From SAR202 cluster bacterium (GTDB taxonomy: Bacteria > Chloroflexota > Dehalococcoidia > Lucifugimonadales > Lucifugimonadaceae), in assembly GCA_009392215.1 (NCBI GenBank), contig VFGZ01000039.1, positions 9,633 to 73,632 of the forward strand: a stretch of DNA of 64,000 nt. Reading direction: 5' to 3'. Under the pieces are notes generated by a model. That model saw only the letters and a list, made by a program, of their open reading frames with translations. It made no database searches and was not told where the DNA came from. The position numbers and the translations under genes were made by a program. Positions 9,782-19,754 of this stretch are shown here, one piece after another (the first letter of the stretch is position 1; each line of letters begins with the position of its first letter).

Positions 9782-10999
9782 ATGCCTGCTGTATTTAGTG
9801 GGGCGATTCGCTCATTTTCTTATCCCCTATATCGGCGCATATGGGCTACATCTGTTGTGTTCGCACTAGGGAACTGGGGCGAACGACTGGCCGTTGGATG
9901 GGTGGTTCTGAACGAAACCAATTCGATATTTCTCACGGCCGCTACATTCGCTGTGCGACAGGCGCCACAGTTGTTTGCTGCGCCCGTAGGAGGTGCTTTA
10001 TCCGATAGGTTTTCCCGTGGAAAAATCCTTATGTTAACCGGCGTGTACAAGACGTTGGTGCTGTCCTTCATGGCATTGATAGTGGTGAACGGTCTGGAAC
10101 CTTTGTGGCTTATGTTTGTCCTTCTTGGACTTTCAGGGATCGGGCATTCCTTTGAAATACCGTGTGTACAGGCTATGGTCACGGGGTCTGTGCCTAGGGA
10201 AGTTCGGATGAACGCTGTAGCGGTTCAATCGACCGGTATGCGGGCCGTTGGGGCCCTAGGAGCGCTGGTTACAGGCCTCGCGATAGACGAATTGGGTGTG
10301 CCGGTCACCCTCATCACATCAGGTGTCGTCTTTCTGACAGCCGGTTTTCTAGCTTTGATTGTGAACCGAGGTTTACAGGTTGAGGTTGCATTACAGACAA
10401 AATCTATCGTTCGAGATGTTCTTGATGGTATTCAGCTAATGTCACAGTTACCCCTGGTGCGGATGATATTGATAACAGCTGTACTTGTAGAGGTATTTGG
10501 ATTCGCTTATGGCGCGTTAATGCCGGCGGTTGCGAGGGAGGCACTTGAGGTAGATGTCAAGGGTCTCGGCACTTTAACTATGATGGCGGGCGTTGGGTCA
10601 GTGGTGGGTTCTGTATTTCTTATGGCCCTTGGGAATTTTTCAAAAAAAGGTCTGTTGCTCATTGGCATTGCGGTGTCCTACGGTGTTTTCGTATCTACAT
10701 TTTCCGCATCGGGATCATATGCAGTTGCACTTATTCTTATTCTTGGAGTGGGCGCATCGGCTGCGGCCTTCGATGCGATGCAATGGACTCTCTTGCAACT
10801 CAATGTGCCGGACGAAATGAGAGGCCGAGCTGTTGGTGCCTGGGTGTTCGCTATAGGATTCGGTTGGGTAGGGCACCTTGGCCTCGGGGTTATTGCTGAA
10901 AGTGTAGGAGTCCAGTGGGCTCTTGGTGTAGCGGGATGTTCGGTTATCGTCACCGCGATGACAGCAATCATTTTTTCAGAGAAATTACGCAGGGCTTGA
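9782..10999 (+). CDS. Major facilitator superfamily transporter
   Basis: About 12 hydrophobic segments; GALSDRFSR motif A; VPDEMRGRA. Confidence 0.88.
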   Translation: MPAVFSGAIRSFSYPLYRRIWATSVVFALGNWGERLAVGWVVLNETNSIFLTAATFAVRQAPQLFAAPVGGALSDRFSRGKILMLTGVYKTLVLSFMALIVVNGLEPLWLMFVLLGLSGIGHSFEIPCVQAMVTGSVPREVRMNAVAVQSTGMRAVGALGALVTGLAIDELGVPVTLITSGVVFLTAGFLALIVNRGLQVEVALQTKSIVRDVLDGIQLMSQLPLVRMILITAVLVEVFGFAYGALMPAVAREALEVDVKGLGTLTMMAGVGSVVGSVFLMALGNFSKKGLLLIGIAVSYGVFVSTFSASGSYAVALILILGVGASAAAFDAMQWTLLQLNVPDEMRGRAVGAWVFAIGFGWVGHLGLGVIAESVGVQWALGVAGCSVIVTAMTAIIFSEKLRRA

Positions 11000-11022
11000 T
11001 TTGCCACTAACGCAGCTAACTG

Positions 11023-11889
11023 TTAACTGTTCAGCAATTCATTTACGACGTTTGAAAACCCAGGATCTTGTTTGGCCAAATGGACAGCTGCTTCGAGCAT
11101 CCCTTTAGGGTTTCCTGTGTCTGCGTGGAAACCGATTAAAGTTGCGGCGTGAACGGGTGAAATTCCAATAAGAGCGGCAATAGCGTCTGTGATTTGGATT
11201 TCATTGTTGGCACCAGGATTTTCTGTCGCAAGGTGATTAAATACTCCATTATCAAGCACGTAACGCGCCACGATTGCCAAGTTGCTGGGCGCGTCTTCTA
11301 ACGCAGGTTTTTCAATGAGAGCTTCAACCATATGGACATTTTCGCTTACTGGATCCCCGCTTATGATTCCTTTGGTCGGTATGACTTCTTCTGAAGCCCT
11401 GTTTACTCCGATGACTGTCCCGCCGCGTTCTTTATATACCTCAATCAATTGTTGCGTTGCAGATGGGTGGTTAATTATTACGTCATCAGGGAAGATCACT
11501 AGAAATGATTCGCCTTCACAAAATTCTCTGGCCTGTAATATCGCATGTCCTGGACCCTTTGGCTCGTCTTGGTAAATAGTGGTTATATTTGCTAATGAAG
11601 CCAATTCGATTTGCCTGGTCAGGAGTTCATACTGGCCTCTTTGCTTTAACTGTTCTTCAAGTTGGGGTTGTCTTTGAAAGTAATCAACTACCGCCTCCAT
11701 ACCGTGAGACATTACGATCGCAATATCTGTGATCCCTGCATCTGCAGCTTCACGGACTGCGTATTCGATGACCGGCACATTCAAAATCGGCAGTAGCGGC
11801 TTAGGGATCGTTCTGGTAGCAGGTAGGAAACGTACACCGAGTCCACCCACAGGGATAACGGCCTTTGTTATACGAGGAAAATCTTGCAT
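11023..11889 (-). CDS. galU: UTP--glucose-1-phosphate uridylyltransferase
   Basis: KAVIP.GGLG.RFLPAT..IPK, Q.EPKG.GHAI, EKP, EIQITDAI, DTG. Confidence 0.88.
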   Translation of the reverse strand: MQDFPRITKAVIPVGGLGVRFLPATRTIPKPLLPILNVPVIEYAVREAADAGITDIAIVMSHGMEAVVDYFQRQPQLEEQLKQRGQYELLTRQIELASLANITTIYQDEPKGPGHAILQAREFCEGESFLVIFPDDVIINHPSATQQLIEVYKERGGTVIGVNRASEEVIPTKGIISGDPVSENVHMVEALIEKPALEDAPSNLAIVARYVLDNGVFNHLATENPGANNEIQITDAIAALIGISPVHAATLIGFHADTGNPKGMLEAAVHLAKQDPGFSNVVNELLNS

Positions 11890-11972
11890 CTTAGAATTCT
11901 ATCCGGAATATCGTGCCAATATTAGTATTCGATCCCAACGACTATTGGAACCCTGAGTAGTAGGATGAAAGT

Positions 11973-12244
11973 GGTCGTGCTAGGTGGGGCGTTAGCGGTG
12001 CCCTGTACTCGCAATCCGCTATAGCGAGGCTGAAATCCCCTGTTGAGGCAGTTCATGTATGGCCACTGAAGGCAGTCTTTAGATGTTGACAGCTTGGTCC
12101 CGCGCGGCGAGGCCTCGTGAACCCCGTCAGGACCGGAAGGTAGCAGCGGTAAGCGATACACCTTGGGTGCCGTGGGAACGCCGGGCTGGAGTCGGGTCTG
12201 TCATTCAAGCCATATGAGTCTGTCGACACTGGGGTGCACGGTCA
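11973..12244 (+). ncRNA. ffs: Signal recognition particle RNA, long (Alu-domain, Bacillus-type) form
   Basis: Helix 8 core CCGTCAGGACCGGAAGGTAGCAGCGG; 5' Alu region GCGGTGCCCTGTACTCGCAATCCGCTATAGCGAGG; termini GGTCGTGC/GCACGGTC pair. Confidence 0.96.
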
Positions 12245-12317
12245 TATTTGTCTGTCGAAATTTAATCGACAAAAAACCGAAATCGGTCTGGGTAACTAAC
12301 ACAGGTTTGATTCTTCT

Positions 12318-13166
12318 ATGACCGCACAACGCCTAGGGCAACATTTTCTGACTGATAACTCAGTAGTAAAAGTGATTGTTGATGCCGCTGATTTGCGACA
12401 CGATGACATTGTTGTAGAGGTCGGCCCCGGACGAGGTGCACTTACGAAGGATATTGTTAGCCAGTCAGGAAAAGTATTGTTGATTGAATACGATGCAGAA
12501 ATAGCATCGCGGTTGGCGTTGAGATATGAAACGAATTCAGACGTAGAAGTGCTCAACCTTGATGCTCGACACTTCGGATCAGACTCTCATGCCTGGTTGT
12601 CAGATGGTAATTACAAGGTCGTAGCCAATCTGCCCTATTATGCCGCCAATCCTATAGTACGGAACTTCCTTGAATCTACTCATCAGCCGACCTCTATGGT
12701 AATTATGGTTCAAAGAGAAGTTGCGCGAGATATGTCAGCGGAACCTGGGGACATGAGCCTCCTCTCTCTGGCCGTTCAAATCTATGCATCTGTAGAACAT
12801 GTCATCGACGTACCACCGGAATGTTTTGACCCTCCACCGAAAGTTCATTCTTCAGTGTTGAAATTGGAACCTGTAAGTATTCCCAGATTAGAGTTCCACT
12901 CAAGTGAAGATTTTTTTAAGTTGGCCAGAAGTGGGTTTAAAAGTCCTCGTAAACAACTCCATAATTCCCTTGCAGATGGTCTTTTTATTGATTTGGATGA
13001 TGCAAGGAAATTGGTGAATAAGACAGGGATTGCAACAACGAGGCGACCGGCCACTTTGTCCATTGATGACTGGCAGGTTCTGTATGACGTGTGGGTTGAA
13101 AATGGAAGACCTTCAAACCCTCCCGGCTCGGTTCGTCGCAGTTATAGGCGAAGAATTAATGACTGA
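12318..13166 (+). CDS. rsmA: 16S rRNA adenine dimethyltransferase KsgA
   Basis: LGQHFL, EVGPGRG, ANLPY, MVQREVA, F.PPPKVHS. Confidence 0.95.
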   Translation: MTAQRLGQHFLTDNSVVKVIVDAADLRHDDIVVEVGPGRGALTKDIVSQSGKVLLIEYDAEIASRLALRYETNSDVEVLNLDARHFGSDSHAWLSDGNYKVVANLPYYAANPIVRNFLESTHQPTSMVIMVQREVARDMSAEPGDMSLLSLAVQIYASVEHVIDVPPECFDPPPKVHSSVLKLEPVSIPRLEFHSSEDFFKLARSGFKSPRKQLHNSLADGLFIDLDDARKLVNKTGIATTRRPATLSIDDWQVLYDVWVENGRPSNPPGSVRRSYRRRIND

Positions 13167-14046
13167 AAAAAGAAGCATTGTTCAAAAGGCCTATGCAAAG
13201 GTTAATTTGACCCTTGAAATTCTTGGTAAACGTAGAGACGGTTACCACGACCTAGTGTCTGTGATGCAGACAGTCAATTTGTTCGATACTGTTACGGTTT
13301 CTGAAGCTGACTCAATTGTAGTTGACTGTGATGATAGCGAAATCACTGCCGACGACAACCTGGTCACCAAAGCAGCTATTGAGTTGAAAAATCGTGCTGC
13401 TATCTCCGAAGGAGCGAAAATTTCTGTTGAGAAAAGGATTCCTGTTTCAGCTGGGCTAGGCGGTGGTTCCGCCGATGCTGCAGCGACGTTAAGAGGCTTG
13501 AACTATCTTTGGAATCTAGGACTTACGGATGGTGATTTGCTAGAAACAGCAGCTTCTGTCGGTTCGGATGTGCCGTTCCTCATAAAAGGAGGGACTTCCC
13601 TCGTGGGGGGGAGAGGGGAGGAAGTGGTACCTATCCCATCAGCTAAGATCCCGAAATTTCTGATCGTTACACCTGATGTCCATCAACAACCTGGAATTTC
13701 TAAAACGGCATTTGCGTTCTCTCGGGTTGATAAGTCGATGTATACCCTTGGCAACCTCACTCACAAACTAGCCGCGAGGATTCGATCTGGTGGTGATTGT
13801 CCTCCAGAACTTTTTTTTAACCAGTTCCAGGTGTTAGCAGAAGATATTTACCCTCGCTGGGCACTCTCGTTGCAACGCTTGAACAATATCGGGGTTAGTG
13901 AAGTCATATTGTGTGGTTCAGGACCATCGATTTTCACGGTTCCACCATCAAAAGAAATAGGGACAGCTTGGCACTTATTGTTGTCAACAACCTACGGAGA
14001 GAAAGCGTTTCTCGTAGAGCCTGTCCCGTCCGATACGGAGTCCTAA
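13159..14046 (+). CDS. ispE: 4-diphosphocytidyl-2-C-methyl-D-erythritol kinase
   Basis: AKVNLTL..LGKRRDGYH, KRIPVSAGLGGGSADAA, GSDVPF, GSGPS; ATG at 13159 overlaps the rsmA end. Confidence 0.95.
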   Translation: MTEKRSIVQKAYAKVNLTLEILGKRRDGYHDLVSVMQTVNLFDTVTVSEADSIVVDCDDSEITADDNLVTKAAIELKNRAAISEGAKISVEKRIPVSAGLGGGSADAAATLRGLNYLWNLGLTDGDLLETAASVGSDVPFLIKGGTSLVGGRGEEVVPIPSAKIPKFLIVTPDVHQQPGISKTAFAFSRVDKSMYTLGNLTHKLAARIRSGGDCPPELFFNQFQVLAEDIYPRWALSLQRLNNIGVSEVILCGSGPSIFTVPPSKEIGTAWHLLLSTTYGEKAFLVEPVPSDTES

Positions 14047-14478
14047 ATGGAAGAGTCGCTACGTACGGTAGTTGCTGGAATGATCGGTGGAGCATTGATG
14101 GGTCTGCTGTTTTTGGCGCACATCTCTATTTTGCTGGTTAACCACCCACCTTCTGCGCTACTAAAACGCGCAACTGTATCTAATGTTTCCAGATTGATAA
14201 CCATCAGTGCTTTTGTGACATTTGTTGGATGGAATGTTCTTGCAATACTTATGTCCTTTGCGGCTCAGGGTATCTTGGAAATGTCATCGTTGGGCGTAAC
14301 TTTTGCTCCGAGCGTAGACTATCTATTCATACTCGCTTTTCTTACCCTTTTGATCGGAATTCCCTCGTTCGTAATGTTTCGAGACCGGAAAATTCATGTT
14401 TTCGCTGAACTACTTGTGTTCCTAGGCGTGTTCGGCTTTTTGATTCCAAATCTCGTGGTGGCGGTTCACAACTTGTAA
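14047..14478 (+). CDS. Hypothetical membrane protein (~4 TM helices)
   Basis: Starts immediately after the ispE stop; four hydrophobic segments. Confidence 0.7.
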   Translation: MEESLRTVVAGMIGGALMGLLFLAHISILLVNHPPSALLKRATVSNVSRLITISAFVTFVGWNVLAILMSFAAQGILEMSSLGVTFAPSVDYLFILAFLTLLIGIPSFVMFRDRKIHVFAELLVFLGVFGFLIPNLVVAVHNL

Positions 14479-14552
14479 TTTGTGTTTTTTCGTCACTGGA
14501 ATGGCACGTACAGTACTAAAATTAAGTAAACATAAACATTTCTGAGGAAAAA

Positions 14553-15380
14553 GTGATGATGAGGTACCCTGATCGTTTCGCCGGAAAGGTCGCATTGTTA
14601 ACCGGTTCAGCAGCAAGCATTAAGAATGAATTGATGGGATTCGGTGGAGCTACGGTATGGAGATTCCTCGAAGAAGGTGGGCGAGGGGTCGTCATCACTG
14701 ACGTTCAGGATGATGTTGGTGAACGTGCTGCTGCGCAGTTGCGTCAAGAAGGCCACGATGCTATTTACCTTCATCTTGATGTGACAAACGAAGATGAATG
14801 GGATAGGACAGTATCCTCGACGATAAAACACTTCGGAAGGATTGATATCCTCGTGAATATCGCAGGGATTTTGGATCCAAAATCGATACTCGATATTGAA
14901 CCATCTGTATGGAAAAAGACGATGGAAATAAGTACGGTCGGAGTATTTCTTGGCACTCGCGCCGTTGCGAGGCCCATGGAAAAAAACGGCGGCGGCGCGA
15001 TAATCAATCTTGCTTCTATGGCGGCCAAACAAGGTTCTGGTAGTTACGGATCTGCCTACTCGTTCTCACGTGGGGGCATGCACAACTTCACTCAATCCTC
15101 AGCCTTGCAACTTTCCGGCATGGGGATCCGTGTTAACACGATCATGCCCGGTTGGGTGCACACCCCATTTACGGATTATCTTTACACGGACCCTGAACAA
15201 AGTAAGTATCGTACTGATCGTGTACCGCTGGGACGCTGGGGTGAGCCAGAAGATATCGCTGCAGGCATCCTGTTTTTGGCCTCCGATGACTCTTCCTATA
15301 TGACCGGAGCGGAACTTCTTATGGATGGCGGCGTGAGCGCAGGATCTGTTCGGCCGGCTAATCCACGTAACAAAGATTAG
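14553..15380 (+). CDS. Short-chain dehydrogenase/reductase with atypical motifs
   Basis: LDVT, GRIDILVNIAG, INLAS, IRVNTIMPG, LGRWGEPEDIA, SSYMTG..L.MDGG; catalytic YxxxK reads YSFSR. Confidence 0.88.
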   Translation: MMMRYPDRFAGKVALLTGSAASIKNELMGFGGATVWRFLEEGGRGVVITDVQDDVGERAAAQLRQEGHDAIYLHLDVTNEDEWDRTVSSTIKHFGRIDILVNIAGILDPKSILDIEPSVWKKTMEISTVGVFLGTRAVARPMEKNGGGAIINLASMAAKQGSGSYGSAYSFSRGGMHNFTQSSALQLSGMGIRVNTIMPGWVHTPFTDYLYTDPEQSKYRTDRVPLGRWGEPEDIAAGILFLASDDSSYMTGAELLMDGGVSAGSVRPANPRNKD

Positions 15381-15398
15381 TAATCTGAAATATGAGAA

Positions 15399-15427
15399 AT
15401 GGCTGAGATCGAAAAGATTTCAGCCAT
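15399..15427. terminator. Hairpin between convergent genes (probable bidirectional terminator)
   Basis: ATGGCTGAGATC-GAAAA-GATTTCAGCCAT, 12-bp stem. Confidence 0.65.
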
Positions 15428-15432
15428 GAGTA

Positions 15433-17988
15433 TTAGTGGCTGTGCACTGGTCCATTACCATGTCTATGTGGAATTTTCTTTTTCACTTCTTCGATTGCAT
15501 CGGTGAAAACTTTGCGTATGGTGTTTTGTCGTTTGGCATCGCTGCGTGTTGCTAAAGTGTCAAGCCAATCCACCCCTCCCTGCATAGTTGTTATTAGATA
15601 TTCTCCCAGAGCGACATCAAAAACATCTGCATTTCCCGCCTTGACGTATACAGGTGAAGTGTGCGCAGCGAAATTTACCGGCCAAACATGCCAGGCTACA
15701 TGGTCGCTCACTGCACGAGCAGCGATCCACCCACTGCCTGGAATATTCACCTGTTGGTTGATGGCGAGCAATTTTTCGCCCTGAACAGATGATTCCTCAG
15801 CAATTACTTGTCCATTGAAAACTATTTGTAGCTTGTTGATTGGTGCTGAGCATGAAGCTGAGGCGATTACATTGACCCTACCACCTGATTCTGGAAGATT
15901 AAGTTCGTCTCCCGGTCGTAGTCCTTCGATCGCGAAATCCATCAATGGACCGCTCGTTGTGTAAGTTCGTCCTGATCGGACTGCATCACTCCACGAATCG
16001 TAGGATAAGTCGCGTTCGCCTATGTAGGCATAGGTTCTTACTCCACCTACCGGCATGCCGGCCGACATTTTATCTGTGCCACCTACAGCCGGAACACGGT
16101 AACCACAGTTCAATAGGCGGTACCATTCATGCACGGCGAAGGTGTCCATAGTAGGTTCGTGAAAATCTCGGATTTCCAGCCCGTCGACTTTCCCCAGCAC
16201 TACCTCTGCGATCACCTCTGAGTGTGGAAATGGAAAATGCGGAACTATTGCCAGCCCGCCCTTGTCATGTGCCTCGTCAGCCCATTCGCTCATTGCTCGA
16301 ACCGTTGGATCTCCTATATACCCTTCGGTTGGGCCACTGGTCGACATAGGGAAAATGGGAGATCCAGTAGCACCCATAAGGCTTATATGGCCCATGAAAT
16401 GTTGACGATTTTCCGTACCTACCCACACGATTGTTTCATCTGAAGATGTTCCTGATAATTTTCCTGTCAGATCGCCGACATTGGTGTAAAGATCTCCCCA
16501 CTGTGCGGCCAGCAGGTTGATTATGTTGATGTCCTCGGCTCGTGCTTCAAGATGAGCCGTTTCTGGGGTCAGGAAGTGAGTATGAGTGTCGGCGGTTACC
16601 CATCCTGATTGGCGCAGGTTTGAATTGCGCTTTAGTTGTATTTCTAGATTGCGTTGTCCGGGCTTAATGCGTATCTTCTGTCGTATCGGCTCAAATTCGA
16701 ATCCTTTTGCTACCTCTAGGAACACATCTCCTACGGGTAGTTCGCCTTGAAAGGTGCCATCCACGTAGGCATATTGAGTATCACCAAGAAGCAGATCTGC
16801 TCCGTAATCCTCGAACCAATTGTCATTCACTTCATGGGTATGTCCGTATGGTGGAAAATATCTGCCATCAGGTGATCGGAAATGAACACGCGCTGGCGTT
16901 GGCTTTCCAGAACTGGCGTCAACTATTTTCCCATGCACCCATGTACGCTGAGAGGTAAGAACTCGTGTTGTGATTTTGCCGTCTTGGCTTGATGCCTGTC
17001 CCGCTTCAAGTAATTCCCCTGCGTCTATGTCTGAGCCATTTATCGATATCGTTGCGCTCTTAGACGCTGCGAGATCAATCGTCGGCATCTCAGTGGTTGT
17101 ACTGAGCGATTCTCCCCAGCCTTTAACAGGATTCGCCAACCAGTCTTTGTGGTTGAAGTTTGGTACGTTCTTCTGGCGGGCTATGACCCCGAGGTCTACC
17201 TCTGTTCTGATTTCATCTGCAGACGTTTCGTCAGCGTTGATGGCGATCGTTTCAAGTGGTTCATGACGCAATGGATGTTGCTTTCCGTCAAACATGGTTA
17301 TCGCCCCAATAGCGAACACCGCCGCACCGGTTGGTTCGATATTGACGCTGGCGATTGTTTGTGACAAATCTGGAATTTCCAATGCGAATATAGTCCATGC
17401 GCCGATTGGATTTGAACGTGACTCTCTGTCTTCTTTGGCCGGCGTTCGTCCTGAGGATGGTGGTTCACCGACCATAACTCCGGTCTGCCATCTACCCCAG
17501 CCGTTGTCCGGATACGGTCCTCGAAATGGAAGGGTGCTTAGACCATGGTGCTGTCGTGAAGTAAAACCACTTTGCATACGCGTCTGTATCTGGTTTATTT
17601 CAAACCGCCTTCTGATTTGCTGACGGTGTTCGGAACCGTCAGCAAAAGACAATACGTAGTCAGCGATATGCTCGCCGGGTGCTGTTACCACAGGGTTAAG
17701 GTAATCAGATGATTGCCCGGCAACCGTTGTTGACGCTCTTTCATCACAAAAATGTGCGAATACCAGATGTGATCCTTTGTGATTCAAAGGTATTGCTGTA
17801 CTGGTTTTGCCAGAAAGTACAATAAGGTTTTTCTCTGTGGTAGAAAAGTCGAATGGGATACCCCAGAAAACCTGGGATCCAGTTGGCAAATTTGAGGCGG
17901 ATCTAGCCGTTTTAGTTTGCCAGTACTGGGCATCTGACAGTGAAGCGTTGGTAAAAGGACTAATGGGAATTGTTCTGAACTTTGGCAT
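15433..17988 (-). CDS. Large CehA/McbA-like (PHP-fold) metallohydrolase
   Basis: ADTHTH, E...H..GH, PHFP, WYRLLNCG...GGTD, G..RTY, GRTYTTSGP, AHTSPVYV motifs. Confidence 0.75.
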   Translation of the reverse strand: MPKFRTIPISPFTNASLSDAQYWQTKTARSASNLPTGSQVFWGIPFDFSTTEKNLIVLSGKTSTAIPLNHKGSHLVFAHFCDERASTTVAGQSSDYLNPVVTAPGEHIADYVLSFADGSEHRQQIRRRFEINQIQTRMQSGFTSRQHHGLSTLPFRGPYPDNGWGRWQTGVMVGEPPSSGRTPAKEDRESRSNPIGAWTIFALEIPDLSQTIASVNIEPTGAAVFAIGAITMFDGKQHPLRHEPLETIAINADETSADEIRTEVDLGVIARQKNVPNFNHKDWLANPVKGWGESLSTTTEMPTIDLAASKSATISINGSDIDAGELLEAGQASSQDGKITTRVLTSQRTWVHGKIVDASSGKPTPARVHFRSPDGRYFPPYGHTHEVNDNWFEDYGADLLLGDTQYAYVDGTFQGELPVGDVFLEVAKGFEFEPIRQKIRIKPGQRNLEIQLKRNSNLRQSGWVTADTHTHFLTPETAHLEARAEDINIINLLAAQWGDLYTNVGDLTGKLSGTSSDETIVWVGTENRQHFMGHISLMGATGSPIFPMSTSGPTEGYIGDPTVRAMSEWADEAHDKGGLAIVPHFPFPHSEVIAEVVLGKVDGLEIRDFHEPTMDTFAVHEWYRLLNCGYRVPAVGGTDKMSAGMPVGGVRTYAYIGERDLSYDSWSDAVRSGRTYTTSGPLMDFAIEGLRPGDELNLPESGGRVNVIASASCSAPINKLQIVFNGQVIAEESSVQGEKLLAINQQVNIPGSGWIAARAVSDHVAWHVWPVNFAAHTSPVYVKAGNADVFDVALGEYLITTMQGGVDWLDTLATRSDAKRQNTIRKVFTDAIEEVKKKIPHRHGNGPVHSH

Positions 17989-18053
17989 CGTTTTAATTGT
18001 TTCTAGGGAAGTTTTTTGTGTTGTGCGAATGATGCTCTAGGTTTTTAAATCAA

Positions 18054-18081
18054 ACAAGCCCCGAACTAATCCGGGGCTTGT
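18054..18081 (-). terminator. Intrinsic terminator of the peroxiredoxin gene
   Basis: ACAAGCCCCG-N8-CGGGGCTTGT perfect 10-bp stem with a T-rich run following on the minus strand. Confidence 0.75.
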
Positions 18082-18097
18082 AATCTTGTGATCGAGT

Positions 18098-18571
18098 TTA
18101 ACCCAGAGCTTCTACCTGGGACTTGACTTCGTCGAATGGTGGCAGGTCGCTCGGTACATTGCACAACCATTTCCAACTGATTTTGCCGTCGGACCCGATG
18201 ACAAAAACAGAACGTTGTGCTGCAGTGAAACCGTCCATACCAGCGAAATCAGGCCAGGTTACACCGTAATCTTCGATTGTTGATTTCTTGTAGTCACTGA
18301 GTACAGGAAAATTAAGCCCGTGTTTATTTTTGAATTCAGCATTACCAAATCGCGCGTCAGTCGATATTGCTACCACAGAAGCGTTTAGTGAGGAATACTC
18401 AGATAGGGCATCTCGGAATGTACACATCTCGTCGTCGCATACACCGCTGAACACTGCTGGAAAGAATGCGAGAACAACCTTCTTTCCTTTTAGACTGCTG
18501 AGACTAAACTCGTTGCCGTCTGTGTCAAATAATGTGAAATCAGGTGCCGTGGCGCCTACTTCAGCAGACAT
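18098..18571 (-). CDS. Peroxiredoxin (AhpC/TSA, AhpE-like)
   Basis: APDFTL, FFPAVFSGVC (PxxxSxxC peroxidatic motif), LSD, RSVFVIG. Confidence 0.92.
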   Translation of the reverse strand: MSAEVGATAPDFTLFDTDGNEFSLSSLKGKKVVLAFFPAVFSGVCDDEMCTFRDALSEYSSLNASVVAISTDARFGNAEFKNKHGLNFPVLSDYKKSTIEDYGVTWPDFAGMDGFTAAQRSVFVIGSDGKISWKWLCNVPSDLPPFDEVKSQVEALG

Positions 18572-18637
18572 AGTTTTCTCCTAAGAATTTTTATAGTGGA
18601 ACATGTTGAACACGCGAAGATTATGTCATCCGTTTGA

Positions 18638-19603
18638 TTAGAAAGACATTGCAATCTTGATTACTTCGTCCTCTCTTAGCCTGTACATCTCGAAGGCTTG
18701 TTGCGCTTCCTCAAACTTCATTTCATGGGTTTTGAGGACTCCTGGATCAATCCATCCGCGTTCTTTGAGCGCAACGATATCTCGGATTTCCTGAACAGGT
18801 TCTTGGGTAGCAGCTATAACGGTTGCATTCATCTGGATGTTTTTAGCCATCCATTTTCGATGATCAAAAGTGACCATCGACGGGTCTACAAGGCTGAAGG
18901 ATATTATTTGGCCCTGCGGTTTGACCAGATCTACAGCTGTAGCCAATCCTGCGGGACTGCCGCTGGCATCAACCACTACATCGAACATTTGACCCTCAGT
19001 TATTTCTTCAGATGCCTGAACAACATCATCATTAGATGCGTTGATTGTATGCGTCGCACCGAGGCTAGATGATGTTTTGCAACGATATTCTTCCAGGTCG
19101 ATTCCAACGATCTGACCGGCCCCTTGTCTTTCAGCGATCATAGTGAAAGTGAGCCCAATTCCTCCTTGGCCAAGGACAGCAATTCTTTTACCCATAGGGT
19201 TTCCCCATTGTCGTGCAGAAAATAACGCAGTTCCGGAATGCTGACACATGACCCACTCGGAAAGATTACCCCATTCCGGCAACTTAATTAATCTGTCAGC
19301 TGTTTGTACGATCTGCTCTTGCATTCCGGCCACATCGCGTGGAATTACGATTACACGCTGGCCTAGATCGTATTCTGGGTCTCGGCTGTCTACGACGATA
19401 CCGGCGCATTCGTGCATTGGGGCTCCAGGTAGGAAAGGATAGTCTGCCTCAGGTAATTCAGCGTCGTATTCAAGGTATATATCGCTGCCGCAAATTGACA
19501 AAGATTCGAGTTTTATCTGTACCTCGCCTTCTTGCAGCGCTGGTGGTTCAGGTACGTCGAGGAACTCGATTGTTCGGCGGGCTACTACTCTGGCTGCTTT
19601 CAA
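18638..19603 (-). CDS. Zinc-binding medium-chain dehydrogenase (no structural Zn loop)
   Basis: ICGSD...HE, GQGGIG, DVVVDASG; TTG start with GAGGA SD. Confidence 0.85.
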   Translation of the reverse strand: MKAARVVARRTIEFLDVPEPPALQEGEVQIKLESLSICGSDIYLEYDAELPEADYPFLPGAPMHECAGIVVDSRDPEYDLGQRVIVIPRDVAGMQEQIVQTADRLIKLPEWGNLSEWVMCQHSGTALFSARQWGNPMGKRIAVLGQGGIGLTFTMIAERQGAGQIVGIDLEEYRCKTSSSLGATHTINASNDDVVQASEEITEGQMFDVVVDASGSPAGLATAVDLVKPQGQIISFSLVDPSMVTFDHRKWMAKNIQMNATVIAATQEPVQEIRDIVALKERGWIDPGVLKTHEMKFEEAQQAFEMYRLREDEVIKIAMSF

Positions 19604-19754
19604 TAAATTCCTCTTGAGTTACAAATATTTGTGCTAGATCGTTAATACGATTATTTCCGTTAATGTGGCGAGCCTAATTCTAACGCGATAACGGGGTATA
19701 CTCGCCCTTCTTCGGACTTTAAACAAAGAAAAAGGGCAAAGGTGCTTAAAGAAT

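Noticed and set aside
11922-12161. 79-aa minus-strand ORF
   Set aside because: Shadow of the SRP RNA on the opposite strand
18098-18571. Peroxiredoxin (and TrxA at 46343-46672) as further selenoproteins
   Set aside because: Both have ordinary Cys codons at their active sites
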